Positions 48,570 to 56,207 of a DNA stretch of 64,000 nucleotides are shown here, piece by piece (the stretch's first letter is position 1; each line of letters starts with the position of its first letter). Where the stretch lies: the IMG/VR virus record IMGVR_UViG_3300021978_000001, positions 352,001 through 416,000 of that record. One strand, written 5' to 3'. The stretch comes from a virus (Duplodnaviria; Caudoviricetes). Position numbers and translations under genes: made by a program. The notes below the pieces were generated by a model that was not told the origin of the DNA, made no database searches, and saw only the letters and a list, made by a program, of their open reading frames with translations.

Positions 48570-49067
48570 TCACCAAAGACTGGCCAGGGATTTCGGGTAC
48601 CTCTCGCCATAGGCGCCGGGGTAGTAGTAGATACGGATGGGATTCAATCCCGCGTCCATATCAAAACCGAAGCTCTCTGCGGTCCCTCGGGCGAGATCCA
48701 TCACCCCTCTCCACTTGCCAGGCTGCCGTCTTCTGAACTTCACAATCCATTCGCCTTCGTGAATCGCACCATAGGGTCCCCGATCATTGACGCGGCACCA
48801 GGTTCGTGTACCCGTGCGCACATCTTCCACGAGCACGACCGTGTTCAAGGGGATCGAACGCGAGGCACATGTGCGCTTGCTCGGGTCAAAGTCTTCACCC
48901 GTCGCGGTGATTTTCCCGTGCAGACCGCCATCTCCGGTACCCCCTCCATACCAGGACGCCATGCCCCTTTGCTGCAAGGGCATGGGGTCGATCTCGGGGA
49001 CGTCTACTCCCCCTGTTTGCAGCGTGGTGTACATCGCGAACATCACACCGAACTTCACCAGACTCAT
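48570..49067 (-). CDS. RlpA-like double-psi beta-barrel (lytic transglycosylase/expansin-like)
   Basis: GMASWYG, TATGEDFD, TCASRSIPLNT, VNDRGPY, MDLARG; N-terminal hydrophobic stretch. Confidence 0.85.
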   Translation of the reverse strand: MSLVKFGVMFAMYTTLQTGGVDVPEIDPMPLQQRGMASWYGGGTGDGGLHGKITATGEDFDPSKRTCASRSIPLNTVVLVEDVRTGTRTWCRVNDRGPYGAIHEGEWIVKFRRRQPGKWRGVMDLARGTAESFGFDMDAGLNPIRIYYYPGAYGERYPKSLASLW

Positions 49068-49227
49068 GACTCTCTCACCTGTTGGGGCACCCTTTAAGGT
49101 GCGTGTTGTGGCTGTGGTCCCAAATCCCGCGCGGGATAAATGCCCAACCATTCTCGGAACCTAGCCCAACATCAGGTCGAAGTCAAACTTTTTGGTTCCC
49201 AGAAAGCGCATTTGTGCCACGAAAGTT

Positions 49228-49258
49228 CCTTGACCGTCAAGGTCCTGTGGGGTACTAT
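49228..49258 (+). promoter_or_regulatory. Promoter TTGACC-N17-TACTAT with palindrome CCTTGAC-C-GTCAAGG over the -35
   Basis: Read directly; upstream of the HTH gene. Confidence 0.65.
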
Positions 49259-49342
49259 AGTGCACCAGCTTGGGCATGAGTCCCTATGGGGTGCTCAAGT
49301 GGTTTTGCCGGACCAAGAAGGAAGAGGGGAGAACATGACAAC

Positions 49343-49954
49343 ATGGCAGGAAAGGTAACTGAGAACGCGAAGAAGTATATCCGAGAGTTGGTCCTCGCAG
49401 GAGAGACCTATGCCGATGTGGCCTCCAAGTTGGAGACTCACTACGACATCAGCATCTCGAAGCAAGCGGTGAGCTACTATGTGGGCAAGATGAACTTGCG
49501 CGACAAGGCAGCTCAGGTGCGGGAGCAACAGCGACAGGAGCAAGAGCAGCAGTGGCGAGAAGCCCTTATGACCTGGGTCCAGACGGTCCCCGACAATGAA
49601 GTCACGTTGCGCGCAGCCTCGGATCAGGTGGGCGCACCGATTGACTGGACGCGGGACGTGTTGATCGAGATCGGCGCGTATGATGATACGACGTTTCGTG
49701 AGCGCATTGATGTGGGAGACCTCATGACCCAGTACGTGGTCGATGATCTCTCGCTCTCCGAGCTGCACGAGCGTTACTACGCGGATGTGTGCATTTCTAC
49801 CTTGACGCAGACGGTGCGCAAGTTGATGTACGAGTATGGTGTGGAGCCGCGCCCGAAGTCTTGCGCCAACAACGAGGAGCTGCGCTCTTCATGGCGTCAG
49901 GAAACTCTGGCCAAGCTCGAAGCCAGCGGATGGCAACTTGAGCAGGTTGATTGA
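49343..49954 (+). CDS. Putative helix-turn-helix DNA-binding protein
   Basis: GETYADVASKL...ISKQAVSYYV HTH-like; further HTH-like segments. Confidence 0.55.
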   Translation: MAGKVTENAKKYIRELVLAGETYADVASKLETHYDISISKQAVSYYVGKMNLRDKAAQVREQQRQEQEQQWREALMTWVQTVPDNEVTLRAASDQVGAPIDWTRDVLIEIGAYDDTTFRERIDVGDLMTQYVVDDLSLSELHERYYADVCISTLTQTVRKLMYEYGVEPRPKSCANNEELRSSWRQETLAKLEASGWQLEQVD

Positions 49955-50079
49955 CATCAGGTCGATTGACATCACAGCACACAGGAAGACCACCCCTCCC
50001 CTAAGTATATCAGGTCTTACGAATACACGGGCTCTACACCGGGAAACGGCGTAACCCTCGACGACTCTGCCTGAACGTG

Positions 50080-50124
50080 ACCCGCTCTCATGGTGTAAAC
50101 AGCCCTGGAGCGGGTTTTCTTTTT
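50080..50124 (+). terminator. Rho-independent terminator-like hairpin
   Basis: ACCCGCTC / GAGCGGGT stem (20-nt loop) followed by TTTCTTTTT. Confidence 0.5.
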
Positions 50125-50225
50125 GTATTCTGTTTGTGGGCATAGTCAGTGTCCTCCTCAGATCAGCAAGAGGGGGTTGATGAGCTTTGACCAGGTTATC
50201 CTATTCCGATAAAGGAGAATCCCCC

Positions 50226-52214
50226 ATGAACGAATTGACTCGTATCGCGCGCTGGGTCGAGCGCTTGGAGCAGGACCTTGATAGCCTGCAACAACGCAAG
50301 GCCCACACTGAGGGGCGCATCGCAAAGAAGATCCGCACACTCGTCAAGATGGCCAACGAAGGTGGTGTCGTGGACCGTGAAGCCTTGCTTGCCTCGCTCG
50401 CAGCGCTGGAGGCGAAGATCGCCAACGCAGAGATGACGCACAAGACCCTCGAAGAGGTCGAGCAGGAAGTGGACCGCATCTACGGTGATCAGTCCAAGAA
50501 CGAGACGTACTACTTCTCGCGCCGTAACAAGGGCGCCTCCGAGCGCGTTGCTGCAACCTTCAAGAACCTCAATGACCTCGGGGATTGGATTAACCGCCAG
50601 CTCCGTGAAGCCGAGCGCAACGCAGGGGATGTCGAGCGCAACCTCGACCACTTCCTCGCCATGAGCATGCAGCTTCGTCGTGATGAGCTTGTCAACCAGG
50701 CTCACCTCGACACGTTCTTCAAGCGCATGGAGAAGCGCCTCTCGCGCTTGCCGAGTGATCGCTTCGAGCTGGAGATGGTCTACAGCGATGTCCTGGACGA
50801 GTTTGCCGGGATGGTCAAGCGCATCAAGGCGATGCGTGGTGGCCGCTTCGATCGTCAGAGCGCCTCGAAGATCTCAAATGCGTTTTGGAGCGCTTCGTAT
50901 GTGCCTTCTGACTTGAATGACTTTCGGATGTATCTCAAGTACGAGGTCGATGAACTCTACCGAGAGGCTCAGGAGTATAGTCTTCCGGTAGTTCACGAGG
51001 CTATCGGCTCTTTCCGGGATGATATGCAGAAAATCTCTCGCCTGCCTTGGGTTCAAGGGACAGAAGCGGAGATCGTTCTAAAGAAACTCCTGGGTATGCT
51101 CAGGGCGTTGCCTGGCCCGAACGACGAGGATGGTATCTCCAGGATGTTGCGAAGTCTTTCTAGCGTGGTCAATGCTTTCATCAAGCGCACACGCAATGCA
51201 GGCTCCAAGGTCGCCGTCAATGGGCTCAATCCCATCGGCAACACCATCCTCGAACAGATGGGCGGGCGTCGCCTCTCTGCCATGCTCGGGGTCCAGCAAT
51301 ACTACGACATCCGCAATGGTGTCGGGTTCAAGTGGCCGAACCGTCAGCGCTCCAAGGGGAACTACGTCGAGATCGTCCTCAATGGCAAGGATCTCTATGA
51401 CATGACGTTCTTCAACGTCTCGCGCTCCGGCAAGAAGCGCGTCGCGCAGTTCAACGATCTCTTCGCAGAGAGCCTCGTGCGCGTCTTCGAGGATCACACG
51501 GGGTGGTACCTTCGTCTGGCCTCGGTCAACGCGTCTGAGGAGAGCACAGACAGCTCCTCGGGGTACAAGCCACGTGATCTCGAAGATGTCCAGGATGACT
51601 ACGATAACACGTATGGCGACCAGGGCAAGAACGACACGTACTACGACATGCCTGCATCCGAGTACAAGACCGAGCTGTACAAGGACCTCGAAGCGCTCAC
51701 GACGTATGTCTACGGCGAGGAGCACGAGAGCGAGTGGGATGGAAAGATGGATCAGGGCTTCGACTCGATGAAGAACGCCTCTCCCGATTGGCTGCGTGAT
51801 GCAGGCGACTGGTGGCGTGACGCCCTGGAAGAGGATGGCCTCGTGATCGACCCTGCGGACCAGCTCGACCTCGGTCAGCCTGGCCCCTACGATTACAACG
51901 CGCCCGAGCCTCTGGACGAGAACCACCCGCTCGGGATGCATGACTGGAATGGTCATGACCCCATGGATGGCTTGCTCGGACGCCAGAGCAAGGTTCAGGA
52001 AGCCGCGCGCAAGTTGATGGCGACCTTGCATAGTGATCACGATCTTCGTGACGTGGCCGCGCGTAAGGAGGTCCTGCACCGCCTCGCCTCGCGTTACCAG
52101 ATCACGCGTGCGCAGGCAGCACGTATCGCCAAGACGCTCGAAGCGCATCCTGTGACGTTGAACACGCCTGCTGCTTGTGGGCGCGTCGCATCAGCGTTGA
52201 TGAACGTGCTCTGA
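50226..52214 (+). CDS. Large mosaic protein, possibly head-internal
   Basis: AAGGAG RBS; N-terminal coiled coil, central TILEQMGG...LYDMTF module, acidic region, C-terminal RVASAL. Confidence 0.7.
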   Translation: MNELTRIARWVERLEQDLDSLQQRKAHTEGRIAKKIRTLVKMANEGGVVDREALLASLAALEAKIANAEMTHKTLEEVEQEVDRIYGDQSKNETYYFSRRNKGASERVAATFKNLNDLGDWINRQLREAERNAGDVERNLDHFLAMSMQLRRDELVNQAHLDTFFKRMEKRLSRLPSDRFELEMVYSDVLDEFAGMVKRIKAMRGGRFDRQSASKISNAFWSASYVPSDLNDFRMYLKYEVDELYREAQEYSLPVVHEAIGSFRDDMQKISRLPWVQGTEAEIVLKKLLGMLRALPGPNDEDGISRMLRSLSSVVNAFIKRTRNAGSKVAVNGLNPIGNTILEQMGGRRLSAMLGVQQYYDIRNGVGFKWPNRQRSKGNYVEIVLNGKDLYDMTFFNVSRSGKKRVAQFNDLFAESLVRVFEDHTGWYLRLASVNASEESTDSSSGYKPRDLEDVQDDYDNTYGDQGKNDTYYDMPASEYKTELYKDLEALTTYVYGEEHESEWDGKMDQGFDSMKNASPDWLRDAGDWWRDALEEDGLVIDPADQLDLGQPGPYDYNAPEPLDENHPLGMHDWNGHDPMDGLLGRQSKVQEAARKLMATLHSDHDLRDVAARKEVLHRLASRYQITRAQAARIAKTLEAHPVTLNTPAACGRVASALMNVL

Positions 52215-52275
52215 ATGAACGGAAGTGGTGTCGGGAGTATATAGCTTTACGAACACTCGATAAGGAGAAGTCCAC

Positions 52276-52917
52276 ATGAGGGACAACGACAGCTACATCT
52301 ATCGCAAAGGCACCACGCCCAACACGCGTATCGCGATCAGCCAGAAGAACAAGCTCTACTCGGTGGCGCGCGGCCAGACTGCGTTTAGCCAGGTCGGGCT
52401 CGTGTCGAGCTTCGGGTTGAGCGAATCGCGCGCTGTGGACGAGGTGCGTGGGATGGGTTACGGTGATCAGATCGCAGAACTCGTGCCCGGAGTCACCGGC
52501 GCCATGAGCATCTCGGTCAGCCGCACCTTGCTCTATCTCGCAAACATCTACCAGGCCATGGGATACGCTGCGGGCATTGACGGCCTCGTGCGAAGCCTCA
52601 AGCACCACCAGTGGCCCTTTGACCTCAAGCAAGAGCTGGTGTTCTCGCGCATCGCCACCAACTCGCAGAACAACCCCAAGCTCACGGTCCCCTCTTCGGA
52701 TGGGGTCAACGAGGCACTCCTCGTGTTCTTCGAGGCTTGCTGGATGGAGTCCTACTCCGCCAACTACGCTTCGGACGCGGCGATGATCTCGGAAGACGTG
52801 GGCATCAAGGCTACCGACGTGATCGACGGTACCTCGACCTACGGCGAGCTTGCTTCCGATGCAGAGTCCACGGGTAACAACCCGTTCTCCGAGATCGGTT
52901 CGCTTCGCTACGGCTAA
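52276..52917 (+). CDS. Contractile tail tube protein (T4 gp19-like fold)
   Basis: AAGGAG RBS; VRGMGYGD..ELVPG, F.ACWM.SYS and I.EDV.I.ATD pattern typical of myovirus/eCIS tube proteins. Confidence 0.75.
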   Translation: MRDNDSYIYRKGTTPNTRIAISQKNKLYSVARGQTAFSQVGLVSSFGLSESRAVDEVRGMGYGDQIAELVPGVTGAMSISVSRTLLYLANIYQAMGYAAGIDGLVRSLKHHQWPFDLKQELVFSRIATNSQNNPKLTVPSSDGVNEALLVFFEACWMESYSANYASDAAMISEDVGIKATDVIDGTSTYGELASDAESTGNNPFSEIGSLRYG

Positions 52918-52932
52918 TCCGTCGCTTTGACG

Positions 52933-52977
52933 TAAAAAAGCCCGCTCTCCTACAAAGAGAGCGGGCTTTTCTTTTTT
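52933..52977. terminator. Bidirectional rho-independent terminator
   Basis: AAAAGCCCGCTCTC (52936-52949) - CTACAAA - GAGAGCGGGCTTTT (52957-52970), A/T tracts on both sides. Confidence 0.9.
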
Positions 52978-53002
52978 CGGGGATGTTTGCGTGGTAACGA
53001 AT

Positions 53003-53031
53003 CGGACCATCCCCGCGCATGCGGGGAAACC
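53003..53031 (-). CRISPR. Solitary type I-E-like CRISPR repeat
   Basis: CGGACCATCCCCGCGCATGCGGGGAAACC, 27/29 identical to the array repeat; no second repeat nearby. Confidence 0.85.
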
Positions 53032-53121
53032 TTTGATACAACCTGTCACACCTTACAACACCGAACTTCGCGTTCCTGTACCGAGTCAAAGGGTACCTCG
53101 ACTTGACACTACCTGTCAAGT
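53032..53121 (-). promoter_or_regulatory. Truncated leader copy with promoter TTGACA-N18-TACCCT
   Basis: Shares TGTACCGA..C.AA.GGTACCTC...TGTCAAGT with the other two leaders; repeat-proximal part differs. Confidence 0.8.
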
Positions 53122-53334
53122 GTTATTCGAGGCTCTTCTCCTCACTATCATCTCTTTCCCTGAGATCAAGCGCAAGACCGAATCTGCGACGGTGCGGCGA
53201 CGGCCATCATCGAAGCAGACATGCGCGCCGTTGTCATCATCCCCGAGAAGTGTTCCCATGCCGTACTCGGGGTGAAGTACGCGATCTCCGCGAAACCACC
53301 AAGTTCTTTGTACGAGCGTCGTGTCTTTTGTCAT
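53116..53334 (-). CDS. Small SH3-like beta-barrel protein
   Basis: GDRVLHPEYGMGTL...VCFDDG; AAGGA RBS; TGA stop lies inside the TTGACA -35 box. Confidence 0.65.
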   Translation of the reverse strand: MTKDTTLVQRTWWFRGDRVLHPEYGMGTLLGDDDNGAHVCFDDGRRRTVADSVLRLISGKEMIVRRRASNNT

Positions 53335-53345
53335 GGCGCTTCCTT

Positions 53346-53603
53346 TTATGCTGGTCGAAAGTTCCCTACCGCCCACCGTAGCAGGCGTCCCATTGCCTGA
53401 ACACTCTCATCTGAGCTTGCGAGCAACCTCGTAGCGGCTTCAGTAGCGCGCTGCTCTGCATCCCCCGAGGTGCCCTCGAAGGCATCCCTCACAGCGCGCT
53501 TGACGCTTTCTGGGACGTCATTGGCGCGCTCCACAAGGTCGAGACCTTGCGTAGGATTTGCAGCCAACGCGTCGGCGTAAAATACCATCGTTGTTCGTGC
53601 CAT
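53346..53603 (-). CDS. 85-aa helical protein directly downstream of CRISPR array
   Basis: GAGGA RBS lies inside the terminal degenerate repeat. Confidence 0.65.
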   Translation of the reverse strand: MARTTMVFYADALAANPTQGLDLVERANDVPESVKRAVRDAFEGTSGDAEQRATEAATRLLASSDESVQAMGRLLRWAVGNFRPA

Positions 53604-53605
53604 TT

Positions 53606-53817
53606 TATCCTCGCCCCGCACACGCGGGGAACACTGGTCAATGTCTGAGCGCACGATCTCAGTGATCGGACCATCCCCGCGCACGCGGGGAACACGGTGA
53701 GGGCTGGAGCCGTCACGAGGTGGACATCGGACCATCCCCGCACGCGCGGGGAACACATCTGGTCCCAGGTCTCGGGTGTCCAGTTCACCGGACCATCCCC
53801 GCGCACGCGGGGAACAC
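53606..53817 (-). CRISPR. Type I-E-like mini-array: 4 repeats, 3 spacers of 32 nt
   Basis: Repeats at 53606 (degenerate), 53667, 53728, 53789; minus-strand consensus GTGTTCCCCGC-N4-GCGGGGATGGTCCG. Confidence 0.95.
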
Positions 53818-53934
53818 TCTTCAAATGTCCAGTTCCGTAAGTCCTCGGATTCTTTACAGAATCCTCGAACCCTCGCGAACCCGCTTCCCTGTACCGACTC
53901 GAAAGGTACCTCGACTTGACAGGTCGTGTCAAGT
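53818..53934 (-). promoter_or_regulatory. CRISPR leader with promoter TTGACA-N18-TACCTT
   Basis: Near-identical to 56653..56767; inverted repeats GGATTC-N6-GAATCC and ACTTGACA-N5-TGTCAAGT. Confidence 0.85.
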
Positions 53935-53935
53935 G

Positions 53936-54187
53936 TTATTCGACGACTTTTCCATCACTCGCAGGGATGAACACCCCCGGCCCGCGTTCGAGCACGGCGA
54001 AAAACCCCTGCTCGCCATTATGGACCCCCCTGTGCGCGGGATGGTTACGGAAAGCGACGCGTCGGCCTTTCGAGCCATCCACGGTCACGTCGATGCGGCA
54101 TTTGGTGCCAGGTCCGATTTGGGCCATGTACGTGTCGGGGTCGATGATTTTGTGGCCGTAGGTGTTCGTGCCGTCTTCGTTCGTCAT
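53936..54187 (-). CDS. Small hypothetical protein
   Basis: GAGGA RBS; own promoter at 54227..54255. Confidence 0.65.
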   Translation of the reverse strand: MTNEDGTNTYGHKIIDPDTYMAQIGPGTKCRIDVTVDGSKGRRVAFRNHPAHRGVHNGEQGFFAVLERGPGVFIPASDGKVVE

Positions 54188-54226
54188 AGCATTCCTCTCT
54201 TGATGGTGAGTTCACGTTACGCTTTA

Positions 54227-54255
54227 TCTATACCACAAGAGGGACAGGCCGTAAA
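54227..54255 (-). promoter_or_regulatory. Promoter TTTACG-N17-TATAGA
   Basis: Minus strand, TGTGG before -10. Confidence 0.6.
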
Positions 54256-54258
54256 GAA

Positions 54259-54747
54259 TCAATCTCCAGGCAAGAGGGAGTGACTCGGCACATCCTTGAC
54301 ACCGAGCAAGGAAGGGAGGAAGGCGAGCGCTTCTTCGATCGTGGGGAAGATGAGGTCTGCGGCTTCACGGATGAACGCGTGATCCATGCAATGCCCATCC
54401 GTCAGCCCCGCGATCACGACCAGCGTGTGCTCTTGACGCGAGGCCCACGCGATCTCGAAGGTGGTCCCGAGCGAGCGCGAGGTGGCGCCGGTGAGATCCG
54501 CGAGCAGGACATCGGCTTGCGCGACCATCCAGGAGTCCCGCCCGAAGATGGCGCGGTCATTGGAGATGGGGTCTTTGTAGCCCTTGGCCTTGGCTTCCCC
54601 TTGCCCGAGCAAGTGCTCCTTACCGAGCATCGGATGCAGGACATGGAAACCCATCGCCTTGAGGACGGTCCCGCGCTCGTGGAAGTGGTTGTAAGCGTCG
54701 TCGAGGTCGAGGCCCGTGATCGGTCCGGCTGCGTAAATGGTGGTCAT
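54259..54747 (-). CDS. Nucleoside 2-deoxyribosyltransferase-like protein
   Basis: IYAAGPI, F.VLHP, D..MV..ADVLLA, SLGTTFEIAWA. Confidence 0.8.
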   Translation of the reverse strand: MTTIYAAGPITGLDLDDAYNHFHERGTVLKAMGFHVLHPMLGKEHLLGQGEAKAKGYKDPISNDRAIFGRDSWMVAQADVLLADLTGATSRSLGTTFEIAWASRQEHTLVVIAGLTDGHCMDHAFIREAADLIFPTIEEALAFLPSLLGVKDVPSHSLLPGD

Positions 54748-54870
54748 GGTGTGCTACCTGTTGGTGACCCTGGGGAGGGTATCTCTCTTGTACCTCGAAT
54801 GCTCCGGCCTGTCCAGTAAGCTGTGATATTTCCCTTGTAATGTGGGCTCTTTGACCCATGAGGAGGCGCC

Positions 54871-55245
54871 ATGGCTTCGGTTCGAGAAATCCTGCACACG
54901 TATCTTGGGATGAACGTCTCGGGGAAACTCCGTGATGCCTTGATCGACATGTTGAGCTACAAGTCCCTCCCTTCCTGGGAGGATTGGCAAACATGGTACC
55001 TCAATACAGTCGTGGAACACCTGGTTATCTTGTTGCCGGGTGCCACAGGGGACGGTCACGAAATCACGTTCACGCACTCTGAACACGGCTGGGTTCACCT
55101 GGCCTTTTCGTTTCGCACGGGTACCCAGACGCTTTGCGTGTCGATCCGAACCTCGAATCACCATGTGTGTTTGTATGAGGAAGACCCAAACCTGTTGAGT
55201 CTTCTGGTCGTGCGCATTCACGAGACCCTGAGAGATCTATCATGA
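54871..55245 (+). CDS. Hypothetical protein
   Basis: GAGGAGG RBS. Confidence 0.7.
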   Translation: MASVREILHTYLGMNVSGKLRDALIDMLSYKSLPSWEDWQTWYLNTVVEHLVILLPGATGDGHEITFTHSEHGWVHLAFSFRTGTQTLCVSIRTSNHHVCLYEEDPNLLSLLVVRIHETLRDLS

Positions 55246-55853
55246 CACTCGACGAACTCAAGACCACCTTGCTCGCCATGGGTGTTCAACACCCCGAAGT
55301 CAAGCTCCAGTTGCGCGCGGTGATGGATACGCTCTCGACAGGTGTCTTCGATCCCTCCCGTATCGCACGCACGAGGCGTGTGGCCGCGATCCCCAAGAAG
55401 TACGAGCATCTCGACTTCACGCCACCCAAGGACGTGCAGGAGGCCGCAGGGCAGGGTCTCGAACTGCGTCAGGAGCAAGAGGGCGATAAGGCGGGGTTGA
55501 CCAATGAAGAGGCGAGCGATCAGGGCATCGGGTCTGGTGTGCAGCGCGCGGTCAACCTCAAGAACGGGACCAAGCTCGAACCTGACACCATCCGGCAGAT
55601 GGATCGGTTCTTCAAGCGCTTCGCGTCTCTTATCGAGAAGGCGCGTCGTCTCACCAAGAAAGAGGAGATCCTCAAGTCCAATATGCATATCAGTGATCTG
55701 CTCTGGGGAGGCGCGCCCGGTGAGAAGTGGGTCACCAAGATGATCCGCGAGATGGATAAGGCGGATGAGGCAGAGAAGAAAAAGGAGAGCGCCCTCGCAC
55801 GTCGCGTCGCTTCTGTTTACCTTATGGCGCGAGGCGTGGCTCAGGGTCATTGA
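55242..55853 (-). CDS. Phage protein with TPP..V..AA..GL...GVQRA..L...TI..M..FF.R...LLWGG module
   Basis: Module recalled from phage head-associated proteins (unverified); C-terminal RRVASVYL. Confidence 0.6.
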
Positions 55854-56193
55854 GCGGTCGCACGCGCTCCAGCTTCACGTCATCCTGGTGCACGAGTACG
55901 CGCTGTCCTTCCTGGCGTTGGATCTCCCAGCACGCCCATTGCACATCCTTGTAGATGGATTCACACAGGTTCTTGACCTGGTTATAGGCTTCCTTGCCCT
56001 CCTGATACCAGAGACGGTCCATCGAATCCGAATCGAAGAGAAGATAGGTACGCCTCTCTTCGGGCTGAAACCCGTGCGCCTTGTATGCTGCGTCCGGCGT
56101 ATCATGCTCGGTTAGATGAATCGTGAGCTTGGTTTGTGCCAGCCCATCCTCCTGTTGCTTTATCGTACCCATTTTCACACTGAGCCATGTCAT
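55822..56193 (-). CDS. 123-aa protein directly downstream of CRISPR array
   Basis: AAGGA RBS; ATG 14 nt after terminal repeat. Confidence 0.65.
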   Translation of the reverse strand: MTWLSVKMGTIKQQEDGLAQTKLTIHLTEHDTPDAAYKAHGFQPEERRTYLLFDSDSMDRLWYQEGKEAYNQVKNLCESIYKDVQWACWEIQRQEGQRVLVHQDDVKLERVRPLNDPEPRLAP

Positions 56194-56207
56194 GGTTGTT
56201 TCCTTCT

